Positions 46,249 through 56,993 of a stretch of 64,000 nt of DNA are shown here, in pieces. Source of the DNA: Gammaproteobacteria bacterium Ga0077536 (GTDB taxonomy: Bacteria > Pseudomonadota > Gammaproteobacteria > Ga0077536); contig LNEL01000055.1 in NCBI GenBank assembly GCA_001464935.1, positions 83,056 through 147,055 of the forward strand, in the 5' to 3' direction. The notes under the pieces are model-generated. The model searched no databases. It was given only the letters and a program-made list of their open reading frames with translations, and was not told the DNA's origin. The number at the start of each line of letters is the position of its first letter. The first letter of the stretch is position 1. The position numbers and the translations under genes were made by a program.

Positions 46249-47354
46249 CGTGCCCCTACCGCCGCGCGGGCCGGCTTGTGCTCGCTGAAATGCGGCATCA
46301 CTTCGCGCGCGAAGAGCCGCAGGCTGTCCATCACTTCCTCGTGCGCGATCACTTCGCGCGCCTGCACCATGAACACCAGCTGGTCGGCACCGGCGGCTTC
46401 CCAGCGCCGCACGGTGTCGATCAAGGTCGCCGGATCGCCGAAGCACAGCCCGCTCGGCGGCAGCTTGTGTTCGCCCGGCGCATGCGGGTCGGGCCGCAGC
46501 GTGCCGAGCAGGCCGATCGCAGTGTAGTTGCTGGCCGGATAGGCTTCGGAGATCTCGACGGTCTGGCCGGCCATGTAGCCGAAGGTCGATACCATCTCTT
46601 CGCCGCGTTGCCGCGCGTAGCTGCCGTCCTTGTGACAGAACAGCCAGTTCGCGACTGCAATCTGATCGTTGACGAAGGCGCCGACGGGCTCGCATTTCTT
46701 CACGCGTTCGCGATAGGCCTCGAAGCGCGGGATGTTGCGCTCGACGTCCGCGATCGAGAGGATCAGCGCGCCCATGCCGCGGTCGGCGGCATCGAGTTCG
46801 GTGCCGTGGCCCGTCACCGCGACCCACAGCGGCGGATGCGGATCCTGCCAGGGTTTCGGCAGCACGTTGCGTTCCGGCATCGTGTGGTAGGTGCCTTCGT
46901 AGCCGTAGCGCTCGTTCATCCACATCTGTGGAATCACGCGGCAGTATTCGTCCCAGTTGCGCTTGGTGTCGTCGACGCTCGCATTGAAGCCGGCGAGTTC
47001 ATTCCACGTCGACGAGCGGCCGGTGCCGAACTCGACGCGGCCGCCGGACAGCATGTCGAGGAACGCGGCCTTCTCGGCGAGGCGAATAGGGTGGTGCAGC
47101 GCCGGTACGCAGGTCGCGATGCCGAAGCCGAGGCGGATGCGGGTGGTCTCGCGCGCTATCGCGGCGAGGAACATCTCGGGGCAGCTGGCGTGGCTGTACT
47201 CCTCGAGGAAGTGATGCTCGACGCACCACACGCTCGAAAACCCGAGTTCATCGGCCAGCACCGCCTGCGCGATGGCGTTCTCGTAGACCGCCTTCTGCGT
47301 GTCGCGCGTGAACGGGCGCGGCGTCGACAATTCATAAAAGAGACCGAACTTCAT
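46245..47354 (-). CDS. LLM class flavin-dependent oxidoreductase
   Basis: Start at M40 (MKFGLFYELSTP...) seven nt after GGAGGG. Confidence 0.85.
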   Translation of the reverse strand: MKFGLFYELSTPRPFTRDTQKAVYENAIAQAVLADELGFSSVWCVEHHFLEEYSHASCPEMFLAAIARETTRIRLGFGIATCVPALHHPIRLAEKAAFLDMLSGGRVEFGTGRSSTWNELAGFNASVDDTKRNWDEYCRVIPQMWMNERYGYEGTYHTMPERNVLPKPWQDPHPPLWVAVTGHGTELDAADRGMGALILSIADVERNIPRFEAYRERVKKCEPVGAFVNDQIAVANWLFCHKDGSYARQRGEEMVSTFGYMAGQTVEISEAYPASNYTAIGLLGTLRPDPHAPGEHKLPPSGLCFGDPATLIDTVRRWEAAGADQLVFMVQAREVIAHEEVMDSLRLFAREVMPHFSEHKPARAAVGAR

Positions 47355-47490
47355 CGCGAACCCTCCTGCAGGTCCGCCCGAGTGTGCCATAGCGGGGCGC
47401 GTGGCTGGAAGGCGGCAAGGGTCGGCGCCATGCCGGGCCCGCCTCCGCCCTGCCATGTGGCACTCCGGCAAACAGCAGCCCCGCCGGCAG

Positions 47491-47536
47491 CCACCTCAGA
47501 AAATACAGAAAATAGATCTGTCCCTATTTTTCTGAA
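47491..47536. repeat. hybrid solo repeat CCACCTCAGAAAATACAGAAAATAGATCTGTCCCTATTTTTCTG
   Basis: The 5' half resembles the CCACC-GAGAACAC family and the 3' half is a right-REP (AAATAGATCTGTCCC). Confidence 0.45.
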
Positions 47537-47548
47537 TTCAAAAACCGT

Positions 47549-48958
47549 TCAAGCGGCACCAACGGCAGGCGTCCACCCCGGCGACGCCCCACCCTGCTCC
47601 GGCTTCGGCGGCGGCGGCAGTTTGCGCTTCTCGTCGCCGACCGGTGCCGGTGGTTCGCCAGGAATCGGCATGCCGGCGAGGTAGCCGACGACTTCGCGCG
47701 CGCGGGGTGCGTCGAGGTAGGCAGCGTCGAGGCAGGCGTCGAGATCGGCCGGCTGTTTGGCGGCGGCGGCGATCAGCGCATGGGCGGCGACGGATTCTTC
47801 CTTCGGCGAGTACTGCGGCATCTCCGCATCCACGCCGCTGCGCAGCGTGTTCGCCGGAATGCGTTCACGCTGCCGGCGCGCGAGGCGCTGCAGGATGTTC
47901 CAGGCTTTCTTGTTCTGCTCGATCGGCCACACCTCGACCTGGCCGCTCGCTTCGAAGTCGCGCCAGATGTCGACGGCCTTCTGCGTGCGCAGCACGACGA
48001 TCGTCGCGCGATCGGTGCCGACGCCGCCGCAGGCGATGTCGGCCATCTCCGCGGAGAAGTCGCCGCAGTGGCGGCATTCGGGGCGCTGGTACTCGTGCAT
48101 CGCCTCTTCGAGCGGGATGGTCTCGATGCCGCCACTCTTCTTGTAGATCAGCACTTCGCCCTTGACGTTGAACTTCGAGACTTCGGTCAGCGGAATGCCC
48201 ATCTGCTGTTCGATGCGCTCGGTCATCAGTTCAGGGCGAAACACTTCCGTGCAGAACAGACCGATGCTGAACGCGATGCGCTCCTGGTAACCCTTCAGGA
48301 AGCCGCGCTGGCGGGCGACGATCTGCGGCTTCTTCTTCGCCGCGAGCAGGATGCTCGGGTCGATGTATTCCATCTTGCGCAAAGGCGTGATCTGGCACGG
48401 CACGCCGACGAAAGCCACCTGCTTCAGATCCTGTTCCTTGACCTGCTCGAGTGCGAGCGGGTTCGGACAGTAGGTGTACCAGCTCGCGGCGCTCGCCTTG
48501 ATCTGCTCGACACTCGTCGCGACCTTCGGCGTCGGGAAGCACGGGTCGTCGCCCTCGCCGACCGCCGACACCACGGCGCCGTCGATGCGGCCGGTCTCGC
48601 GCGCCCACGCCATCAGCGCAGTGACGATGCCGCCGTCCTGTGCGCGTTCGAGCACGTCCTCGTGTTTGGTGCGCGCGACGAAGATGTGGCGGTAGACGCC
48701 GAAGATGCCTTCGTAGGCCTGGTCCTCGCCGAAGGTCACGCCCTTCAGGTGCGGCTCGCGCGGCCACAGGCGCGGGCAGACTGCCGCGCAGACATCGCAG
48801 CCGACGCCTTCGCTGATCCCGCAGTAGTCGAACGACGCCGATTCCTTCGCGGTCTGCTTCGGTTTGCCGTCGACATATTCGATGACGTTGTGCGGACACA
48901 CGAGCACGCAGCTGCCGCATTCGCAGCAGCTGCCGCCGGCGACGACGTCATTCATCAT
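47549..48958 (-). CDS. coenzyme F420 hydrogenase/dehydrogenase beta-subunit family protein with N-terminal 2x[4Fe-4S] ferredoxin domain and Pro-rich C-terminal tail
   Basis: Start MMNDVVAGGSCCECGSCVLVCP (AAGGA RBS). Two CxxCxxCxxxCP clusters, then FrhB/FdhB-type N and C domains. Confidence 0.75.
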   Translation of the reverse strand: MMNDVVAGGSCCECGSCVLVCPHNVIEYVDGKPKQTAKESASFDYCGISEGVGCDVCAAVCPRLWPREPHLKGVTFGEDQAYEGIFGVYRHIFVARTKHEDVLERAQDGGIVTALMAWARETGRIDGAVVSAVGEGDDPCFPTPKVATSVEQIKASAASWYTYCPNPLALEQVKEQDLKQVAFVGVPCQITPLRKMEYIDPSILLAAKKKPQIVARQRGFLKGYQERIAFSIGLFCTEVFRPELMTERIEQQMGIPLTEVSKFNVKGEVLIYKKSGGIETIPLEEAMHEYQRPECRHCGDFSAEMADIACGGVGTDRATIVVLRTQKAVDIWRDFEASGQVEVWPIEQNKKAWNILQRLARRQRERIPANTLRSGVDAEMPQYSPKEESVAAHALIAAAAKQPADLDACLDAAYLDAPRAREVVGYLAGMPIPGEPPAPVGDEKRKLPPPPKPEQGGASPGWTPAVGAA

Positions 48959-49168
48959 GTCCTTGAAGCTGTGGTGATAGAGCGAGTCCAAGGCGATCTC
49001 CTGGCAGGGATTCAGCGGGGGTCGCGGGTCGCGACCATACGTTGGCGTATGGTAAAGCATTTGCCGGCGGCACGGACAGTCGCACCGCCGGCCGGCTGTC
49101 CATCATCTGGGGGAAACCGGCCTGGGGAGAGAATCGGGGACGGACCCCGATTTCAGGCGTTCACGCCG

Positions 49169-49747
49169 TCAACGGCCGATCCCGCGCCAACCCGCCTCCT
49201 TGAGGCAACCGATCATCGCGCGGGTGACTTTCGTGCCGGCCGGATCGGGCCGATGCGCGTTGCCGAGGGTCGCGACACAACGATCCTGCGCCGCCTTCAG
49301 CTGATCCGGCGAACCACCGAGCTTCCACCAGCTCGCGACATCGACCTGCTCGAGCGGATCGAGCGTGACCGGTGGCGCGGCAGGCGCGGGCACCGCGGCC
49401 GGCGCGCTCTGCACCGCCGCCGGCGCCGCGGCGGGCGCGGGCACGGCAGCGGCCGGCGGCGCCGATTTCGCGGGCACGAACAGCGCGTCTCCCAGTGACT
49501 TGCCGACACCGCCCGCCGTCTCGTCGTTGTCGACGAACACCGAGTCCTGGCTGCCCTTCACCAGGTAGCCCTTGCTCTGCATGCATGCGACGTAAGCCGT
49601 TTCGTCCTGCGTGTCGGCACGACAGGCGGACTGCGCGCTGGCCATCGAGCCGGGATCGGCGCCGCGCTTGAACACCATTTCACCGCAACCGGTGATCGCG
49701 AGCGTCGCGCTCAGGCATGCGACGCGAAAATAGCCTGTACCGTTCAT
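49169..49747 (-). CDS. lipoprotein with Ala/Pro-rich linker
   Basis: Lipobox LAITGC after a signal peptide. GGAG RBS. Confidence 0.6.
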   Translation of the reverse strand: MNGTGYFRVACLSATLAITGCGEMVFKRGADPGSMASAQSACRADTQDETAYVACMQSKGYLVKGSQDSVFVDNDETAGGVGKSLGDALFVPAKSAPPAAAVPAPAAAPAAVQSAPAAVPAPAAPPVTLDPLEQVDVASWWKLGGSPDQLKAAQDRCVATLGNAHRPDPAGTKVTRAMIGCLKEAGWRGIGR

Positions 49748-49776
49748 GAGCACTCCTGGGTGGGGCAACCGCGCGC

Positions 49777-50403
<627 letters not shown>

Positions 50404-50413
50404 GTTCAAGTCC

Positions 50414-51094
50414 TCATGATCTGAAGAGTCGCGTGTACTGGGTTTCGTGGCGCGCGCTCGCAATCGCGAGCGCCGGCAGCGCGCCACCAATGTCGTCGTC
50501 GGCGAGCGCGAGTCCGTGCGCCACCGCCGTCGGCATGTCGCTCGCCAGCGCATACAGCAGCCGCTGGCCGGCTGCCTGACCCAGGGGCACGAGCTTGACG
50601 CCTGCAATGACCTGGCCTTCGAGCCAGGCCCAGGCATACCCGTGGGCGGCCGCCTGCAGCGGTATCGCCCAGTGCACCGCCGCCAGCGCATGGGCCGTCG
50701 CCTGCGCCACATCGCCGTCGAGCGTCGCCGGCCTGCGCACCTGGAACTCGCGCAACAGCCGCAACAGCGCGGCCCCGCGATCGCGGTCGTCGGCGCGCAG
50801 CTCACTCGTTTCGCGATGCGCGAGCAGGAGATCGTTCCAGCGCCCGACCGCCGCGTCATCGCCCGTCGCCACCGCCGTGTGCAGTCGCGCGTAGACCGCG
50901 ATGTCGAGCGGCCCGAGCGAACACGTCAACTGCTCGGCAAGCCAGTCGCGCAGCGTCTGTTCGCTGGTGACCCAGCCCGCTTCGACCGCCCACTCGAGCC
51001 CCTGCGAGTAGGAGTACGCGCCAATCGGCAGGCCCGGGCTCGACAGCTGCAGGCAGCGCAACAGTGCGAGCGAATCAGCGCCGGCGATGTTCAA
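50414..51094 (-). CDS. ureF: urease accessory protein UreF
   Basis: 226 aa UreF family. Confidence 0.85.
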   Translation of the reverse strand: MNIAGADSLALLRCLQLSSPGLPIGAYSYSQGLEWAVEAGWVTSEQTLRDWLAEQLTCSLGPLDIAVYARLHTAVATGDDAAVGRWNDLLLAHRETSELRADDRDRGAALLRLLREFQVRRPATLDGDVAQATAHALAAVHWAIPLQAAAHGYAWAWLEGQVIAGVKLVPLGQAAGQRLLYALASDMPTAVAHGLALADDDIGGALPALAIASARHETQYTRLFRS

Positions 51095-51612
51095 TGCGAA
51101 TGTCCGTGCCCGTGGCCATGATCGTGGGCGTGGTCATGACCGTGGGCTGACTCATCAGGCGCGTGCTCGTGCGCATGGCCATGCCGATGCCCGCCGGCAT
51201 AGGCCCCGGCCTCGGGTTCGAACGGCGCGCTTTCGACCGTCACCGGCAGGCCCATCTGGCGCAGCATGTCGTCGAGCACGTGATCGTGCGCGTAGCGCAC
51301 CCAGCCCGCGCCGATCTGCACCGGCACGTGCCGGTTGCCGAGGTGATAGCTCGCACGCGCGAGCTGCAGCGCATCGGCGCTGCGCGCGGTCGATAAATCC
51401 TCGATGGCCGCACACACGCGCACGCGCTCGCCGCTCTCCGCGCGCAGCACGTCACCGTCGTGCAGGCGGGTGCCGGGCGTGAGCAGGATGCCGGCCTCGC
51501 GACCGCTCGCCAGGGTCACGCGCTGACGGCTTTTCTGGCGCTGTTCGAACGGCAGCGTCAGCGTGTCATGGACGGGTGCTTCGGGGTCTGCCCGGTCGAT
51601 CAGATGCAGCAT
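51091..51612 (-). CDS. ureE: urease accessory protein UreE with His-rich C-terminus
   Basis: C-terminal [30 protein letters not shown] nickel-binding tail. Confidence 0.85.
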   Translation of the reverse strand: MLHLIDRADPEAPVHDTLTLPFEQRQKSRQRVTLASGREAGILLTPGTRLHDGDVLRAESGERVRVCAAIEDLSTARSADALQLARASYHLGNRHVPVQIGAGWVRYAHDHVLDDMLRQMGLPVTVESAPFEPEAGAYAGGHRHGHAHEHAPDESAHGHDHAHDHGHGHGHSH

Positions 51613-51621
51613 CGCGTGTGC

Positions 51622-53325
51622 TCAGAACAGGAAATAGCGCTGCGCGAGCGGCAGCTCGACCGCCGCGTCGCAGACCAGCAGTTCGCCGTTCGCCCGAACT
51701 TCGTAGGTCTGCGGATCGACTTCCATCGTCGGCTGCCAATGATTGTGGATCATGTCGGCCTTGCCGATGGTGCGCGTGCCCTTGACGGTGCCGATCAGCC
51801 GCCGCAGGCCGAGCCGCTCGACGATGCCGGCTTCGCGCGCCGCACGTGACAGGAAGGTCATGCAGGTCGCATGGCGGGCGCCGCCGAGCGCGCCGAACAT
51901 CGGGCGGTAATGCACGGGCTGCGGGGTCGGGATCGACGCATTCGGATCGCCCATCGGCGCGGCGACAATCATGCCGCCCTTGAGGATCAGCGACGGCTTC
52001 GCACCGAAGAACGCTGGCGACCACAACACGAGATCGGCGAGCTTGCCGGCCTCGACGGATCCGACCTCGTGCGCGATGCCGTGCGTGATGGCGGGATTGA
52101 TCGTGTACTTCGCGATATAGCGCTTGATCCGCGCATTGTCGTGACGCGACGGATCGCCGGCGAGGCTGCCGCGCTGCATTTTCATCTTGTGCGCGGTCTG
52201 CCAGCTGCGCGTGATCACCTCGCCCACGCGGCCCATCGCCTGGGAGTCGGAGGAGATCATCGAGAACGCGCCGAGGTCGTGCAGGATGTCTTCGGCGGCG
52301 ATGGTCTCGCGCCGGATCCGCGATTCGGCGAATGCAACGTCTTCGGCAATCGACGGCGACAGGTGATGGCAGACCATCAGCATGTCGAGGTGCTCGTCGA
52401 TCGTGTTGACGGTATAGGGGCGCGTCGGATTGGTGCTCGACGGCAGCACGTTCGGTTCGCCGCAGACCTTGATGATGTCCGGCGCGTGCCCGCCGCCCGC
52501 GCCTTCGGTGTGATAGGTGTGGATCGCGCGGCCCTTGAACGCGGCGACGGTGTGCTCGACGAAGCCCGATTCGTTCAGCGTGTCGGTGTGGATCGCGACC
52601 TGCACGTCGTGCCGGTCGGCGACAGTCAGGCAGTTGTCGATCGCCGCCGGCGTCGTGCCCCAGTCCTCGTGCAGCTTGAGCCCGATCACGCCCGCCGCGA
52701 CCTGCTCTTCGAGCGCGTGCGGCAGACTCGCATTGCCCTTGCCGGTGAAGCCTAGATTCATCGGCAGCGCTTCGGCGGCCTGCAGCATGCGGTGGATGTT
52801 CCACGGGCCGGGCGTGCAGGTCGTCGCGTTGGTGCCGGTCGCCGGGCCGGTGCCGCCGCCGATCATCGTCGTCACGCCCGACATCAACGCCTCTTCGACC
52901 TGCTGCGGGCAGATGAAATGGATGTGCGCGTCGATACCACCGGCGGTGACGATCTTGCCTTCGCCGGCGATGATCTCGGTGCCAGGGCCGATGATGATGT
53001 CGACGCCCGGCTGGATGTCCGGATTGCCCGCCTTGCCGATGCGGAAGATGCGACCGGCACGCACGCCGATGTCGGCCTTGACGATGCCCCAGTGATCGAC
53101 GATCAGCGCATTCGTGATCACGAGATCGACCGCTTCGTTGTTGCCGCGCTGGCTCTGGCCCATGCCGTCGCGGATGACCTTGCCGCCGCCGAAGCTGACT
53201 TCTTCACCGTAAATCGTATAGTCGCGCTCGACTTCGAGCACGAGCGCGGTATCGGCCAACCGCACGCGATCGCCGGTCGTCGGGCCATACAGTTCCGCGT
53301 AGGCGGCGCGCGAGATTCGGCTCAT
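51622..53325 (-). CDS. ureC: urease subunit alpha
   Basis: 567 aa; [26 protein letters not shown]... and a His-rich active-site region. Confidence 0.9.
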   Translation of the reverse strand: MSRISRAAYAELYGPTTGDRVRLADTALVLEVERDYTIYGEEVSFGGGKVIRDGMGQSQRGNNEAVDLVITNALIVDHWGIVKADIGVRAGRIFRIGKAGNPDIQPGVDIIIGPGTEIIAGEGKIVTAGGIDAHIHFICPQQVEEALMSGVTTMIGGGTGPATGTNATTCTPGPWNIHRMLQAAEALPMNLGFTGKGNASLPHALEEQVAAGVIGLKLHEDWGTTPAAIDNCLTVADRHDVQVAIHTDTLNESGFVEHTVAAFKGRAIHTYHTEGAGGGHAPDIIKVCGEPNVLPSSTNPTRPYTVNTIDEHLDMLMVCHHLSPSIAEDVAFAESRIRRETIAAEDILHDLGAFSMISSDSQAMGRVGEVITRSWQTAHKMKMQRGSLAGDPSRHDNARIKRYIAKYTINPAITHGIAHEVGSVEAGKLADLVLWSPAFFGAKPSLILKGGMIVAAPMGDPNASIPTPQPVHYRPMFGALGGARHATCMTFLSRAAREAGIVERLGLRRLIGTVKGTRTIGKADMIHNHWQPTMEVDPQTYEVRANGELLVCDAAVELPLAQRYFLF

Positions 53326-53954
53326 GGCGCGCGCTCCAGCGGGCCCATCACCTGGCCCTGGAAACCGTAGACCTCGCGGCCGCCGCCAAGCTCGACGAGG
53401 CTCACGGTCCGCGTCTGGCCGGGTTCGAAGCGCACCGCCGTACCGGCCGGGATGTCGAGCCGGAAGCCGCGCGCAGCGGCCCGATCGAAATCGAGCGCCG
53501 GGTTCGTTTCGAAGAAGTGATAGTGCGAGCCGACCTGGATCGGCCGGTCGCCGGTGTTGGCGACCGTGAGGCTGACCGTGGCGCGACCCGCGTTGAGTTC
53601 GATGTCGCCGTCGGCCGGCAACACTTCACCCGGCACGAGACCGCCACCGCCGTCGGCGATCGGCTGATGCACGGTGACGAGCTTGGTGCCGTCCGGAAAT
53701 GTCGCCTCGACCTGCACGTCGTGAATCATCGCCGCCACGCCGTCCATGACGTCGTCGGCCGCCAGCACGCTGCGGCCGGCCGCCATCAGTTCGGCGACGG
53801 AGCGACCGTCGCGGGCGCCCTCGATAATCGCCGCGCTGATCAGCGCGACGGCTTCCGGGTGGTTGAGTTTGACGCCGCGTTCGCGGCGCCGCTCGGCGAG
53901 CAGCGCGGCGCTGAACAGCAGCAGTTTGTCGCGTTCGCGTGGCAGCAGATCCAT
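53322..53954 (-). CDS. ureAB: fused urease gamma/beta subunit (UreA-UreB)
   Basis: [13 protein letters not shown]...VTVHQPI (gamma) continues without a stop through an ADGGGG linker into [18 protein letters not shown]...[17 protein letters not shown] (beta). AAGGGGA RBS. Confidence 0.8.
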   Translation of the reverse strand: MDLLPRERDKLLLFSAALLAERRRERGVKLNHPEAVALISAAIIEGARDGRSVAELMAAGRSVLAADDVMDGVAAMIHDVQVEATFPDGTKLVTVHQPIADGGGGLVPGEVLPADGDIELNAGRATVSLTVANTGDRPIQVGSHYHFFETNPALDFDRAAARGFRLDIPAGTAVRFEPGQTRTVSLVELGGGREVYGFQGQVMGPLERAP

Positions 53955-53967
53955 CGATGTCCCCTTC

Positions 53968-54804
53968 TCAGGTGGCCCAGATGCGCGGCGCGCACGCCGG
54001 GCGTCCGAGCAGATGCGGACGCAGCAGCGTCCAGAGCCGTTCAAACCAGTCGCGCACCGGGGCCGTGAGGGCCGCCAGCGCGCGGCAGACGATCACATCG
54101 CCCAGCAGCGTCACACCGCCGAGGACGGCCGCCGCGTCGACCTCGCGCAGTCGTTCGAGCAGCGCGCGATCGGCGCCGGTGGCGATGAGGCTCGCGCTGA
54201 CGGCGTGTCCCCGCAGCGCGGCGCCGCCGGCCGGTGACGTGCCGTCGACGCGCAGTCGATCGAGCAGCAGCGGCCGGCCGTCGCGGTACAGTTCGAAACC
54301 GACGTCGGCGCGCCCGCGACCGAAATGCTCGGCGCAGGCGGGCCGGCCGAAACAGGTGATCTCCCAGCCGATGAAGCGCGCCGATCCGTGCAGTTCGATG
54401 CGCGTGTTGAGCCAGGCGCGCGCGCCGTCGAACAGGATGTTCTCCTGCGGCAGCCACTCGCCCGCCGCCCCGTCCGCGAGTTCGAGCGTCTGCTGCAGCC
54501 GGGCGGTAGGCCCGGCGCTGCGGTAGAACTTGGTCGCCGCCGGTGTCGTCAGCAACACCTGCGAGCCGGCGCCGAGGCGCGCACGCAACTGGAGCTGATC
54601 GCCACCCACGAGACCTGACGGCGGGTGCAGCAGGTAACTGTGGCAGATCCCGCCCGGTTCCGGATGAAACGCGCGTTGCACGAGCAGTGGGCCCGTGTGC
54701 TGCCAGTGCTTCAGGTAAGTGCGCGCCGCGCCCGCCGCATACTCGAGTTCGAGCGTCGCCTGCCAGCGCGCGCTGTTGGCGACGGGCACGCCCGGGGCAT
54801 TCAC
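53968..54804 (-). CDS. ureD: urease accessory protein UreD
   Basis: GTG start overlapping the ureJ stop (GTGA). 278 aa UreD family. Confidence 0.8.
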   Translation of the reverse strand: MNAPGVPVANSARWQATLELEYAAGAARTYLKHWQHTGPLLVQRAFHPEPGGICHSYLLHPPSGLVGGDQLQLRARLGAGSQVLLTTPAATKFYRSAGPTARLQQTLELADGAAGEWLPQENILFDGARAWLNTRIELHGSARFIGWEITCFGRPACAEHFGRGRADVGFELYRDGRPLLLDRLRVDGTSPAGGAALRGHAVSASLIATGADRALLERLREVDAAAVLGGVTLLGDVIVCRALAALTAPVRDWFERLWTLLRPHLLGRPACAPRIWAT

Positions 54805-55382
54805 GCGACGAGCAGCCAGCCGCCACAGACCGCCAGCACCGAGCCGGCAAGCCGCAGGCCGCACGGCGCCAGCGCGCGCAGTCGCGCACCGGCGGCATAA
54901 CCCGCGAGGTGCAGCAGCGCGGTGCCCGCGACGAACGCGCCGAGCGGCGCGAGGCCGGGCAACCCGGGGATCTCGAGTCCATGTGCATTGCCATGCCAGG
55001 CGCCGATCACGGCGGTGAGCATCAGTGCAGCCGCGGCCGACAGACCACGGCGTGCCATCAGCACCAGGCCCAGCGCGAGCACCGACGCGGCGAGCATGCT
55101 TTCGAGCGCCGGCAAGGCGATGCCGAGCACGGCCGGCACCACCCCGAGCAGCGCGCCGGCGATGAACACGATCGGCAGCGCGCGCGCCTGACGCTGTCCG
55201 CTGGCTGCCCATGCGCCAACCGCCAGCATCGCGAGCAGGTGATCGAGACCGCTGAAAGGGTGCATGAACGCACTGACGGCCCCCGCCTCCTGCAGGCCCG
55301 GATGGGCCAGTGCGCTGCCACTGGCGGCGAGCAGGGCCAGCGCGCCCGCGCCCCGTGTCACGAATGTGCTCGATGAATTCAT
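54801..55382 (-). CDS. ureJ: HupE/UreJ family nickel transporter
   Basis: Start at M21 (MNSSSTFVTRGAGALALLAASGSALA) after a GAGGAG RBS. TM protein with His-containing motifs (AWHGNAHG). Confidence 0.8.
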   Translation of the reverse strand: MNSSSTFVTRGAGALALLAASGSALAHPGLQEAGAVSAFMHPFSGLDHLLAMLAVGAWAASGQRQARALPIVFIAGALLGVVPAVLGIALPALESMLAASVLALGLVLMARRGLSAAAALMLTAVIGAWHGNAHGLEIPGLPGLAPLGAFVAGTALLHLAGYAAGARLRALAPCGLRLAGSVLAVCGGWLLVA

Positions 55383-55452
55383 GCGGATCTCCTCGGTGAA
55401 CTCAGTGTGATTCGAATCGCGATGCGCCGACAAGCCCGCCACGCGCCACCGC

Positions 55453-56148
55453 TCAGACGGCCAGGTACTGGCGCACCAGGTCGTCCGTCAGTTCATTCAT
55501 CGCGCCGTTGGCGACCACGCGCCCCTTGTCCATCACGCAGAAGCGATCGGCGATGCGCCGCGCAAACGGCAGCTTCTGTTCGACGAGCAGCACAGTGATG
55601 CCGCGTTCGCGGTTCAGGCGGTTGATGACCTCGCCGATTTCCTGCACCACGTTCGGCTGGATGCCTTCGGTCGGTTCATCGAGGATCAGCAGCTTGGGCT
55701 CGAGCACCAGCGCGCGCCCAATGGCGAGTTGCTGCTGCTGGCCGCCGGACAGATCGCCACCGCGCCGGCGCAGCATTCGCTTCAGCACCGGAAACATCTC
55801 GAAAATCGGATCCAGCGCGCCGCGCGACTGCCCGCCGCGCGTCGACAGGCCGATGCGCAGGTTCTCTTCGACCGTCAGCCGCGGGAAGATCTCGCGGCCC
55901 TGCGGTACATAGCCGATGCCGAGCGGCGCACGGCGTTCGGCCGGCAGCTTCACGAGATCCTGGCCTTCGAAGAGGATTTCGCCGGCCCGCACGGGCAACA
56001 GGCCCATCACGCATTTGAGCAGCGTGGTCTTGCCGACGCCGTTGCGCCCCATCAGGCAGGTGCAGGCACCGGCCGGCACGTCGATCGCGAGTTCCCACAG
56101 GGTGTGGCTCTCGCCGTAAAAGTGTTCAAGTCCTTGCGCGCGCAGCAT
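55453..56148 (-). CDS. urtE: urea ABC transporter ATP-binding protein UrtE
   Basis: Walker A GRNGVGKTT, signature LSGGQQQQLAIGRA. Confidence 0.85.
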   Translation of the reverse strand: MLRAQGLEHFYGESHTLWELAIDVPAGACTCLMGRNGVGKTTLLKCVMGLLPVRAGEILFEGQDLVKLPAERRAPLGIGYVPQGREIFPRLTVEENLRIGLSTRGGQSRGALDPIFEMFPVLKRMLRRRGGDLSGGQQQQLAIGRALVLEPKLLILDEPTEGIQPNVVQEIGEVINRLNRERGITVLLVEQKLPFARRIADRFCVMDKGRVVANGAMNELTDDLVRQYLAV

Positions 56149-56993
56149 CAGGCCCCCAGATAGACTTCGATGACGCGCGGATCGCTCTGGATGCGATCCA
56201 TGTCGCCCTCGGCGAGCACGCTGCCTTCATGCAGCACGGTGACCTTGCGCGCGATGGAGCGCACGAACTCCATGTCGTGCTCCACGACCACCACCGAGCG
56301 CTCGCCGGCCAGCGACACCAGCAGTTCCGCGGTGCGTTCGGTTTCCTCGTGCGTCATGCCGGCGACGGGTTCATCGATCAGCAGCAGACGCGGTTCCTGC
56401 ATCAGCAGCATGCCGATTTCCAGCCACTGCTTCTGCCCGTGCGACAGCGCGCCGGCCCGCTGCAGACGTTGTGCGGAAAGACCGATCAGGTTGAGCGTCG
56501 AGTCGATCCGGTCGCGCTCCTCGCTCGAGAGGCGCGCCCCCAGCGTGCGCCACACGCCGCGTGGCCCGCGGCACGCGAGTTCGAGGTTGACGAACACCGG
56601 CAACTGCTCGAACACCGTCGGCTTCTGGAACTTGCGGCCGATGCCGGACTGCGCGATCTCGGGTTCCGAGAGCTTCAACAGGTCGAGCTGGTGGCCGAAG
56701 AAGGCGACGCCCTTGTCCGGGCGTGTCTTGCCGGTGATCACATCCATCATCGTGCTCTTGCCGGCGCCGTTCGGCCCGATGATGCAGCGGAGTTCGCCCG
56801 GCTCGATGTAGAGCGTCAGTTCGTTCAGCGCTCGAAAGCCGTCGAAGCTGACCGTGATGTCCTCGAGGTACAGCATCGCGCCCTGGCTCGGGTCGGGGCC
56901 GGCGGCGTGACGCGGCGCATAGGCCGAGTTCTCGCTGACGAATGCCTCCCACCAGGTCGACGCGTCGAGGGGCGTGTCGGGCGTCGTGCTCAT
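56148..56993 (-). CDS. urtD: urea ABC transporter ATP-binding protein UrtD
   Basis: Start at M31 after GGAGAAG. Walker A GPNGAGKST, signature SHGQKQWLEIGM. Confidence 0.85.
   Translation of the reverse strand: MSTTPDTPLDASTWWEAFVSENSAYAPRHAAGPDPSQGAMLYLEDITVSFDGFRALNELTLYIEPGELRCIIGPNGAGKSTMMDVITGKTRPDKGVAFFGHQLDLLKLSEPEIAQSGIGRKFQKPTVFEQLPVFVNLELACRGPRGVWRTLGARLSSEERDRIDSTLNLIGLSAQRLQRAGALSHGQKQWLEIGMLLMQEPRLLLIDEPVAGMTHEETERTAELLVSLAGERSVVVVEHDMEFVRSIARKVTVLHEGSVLAEGDMDRIQSDPRVIEVYLGA

Noticed and set aside
45487-46923. N-terminal 225 codons of the 478-aa - ORF (and similar extensions of 18461..19945, 14257..15909 and 49777..50859)
   Set aside because: Only the 3' portions carry domain signal and an RBS-preceded internal start that overlaps the upstream stop. 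The 5' portions overlap the preceding real gene out of frame.
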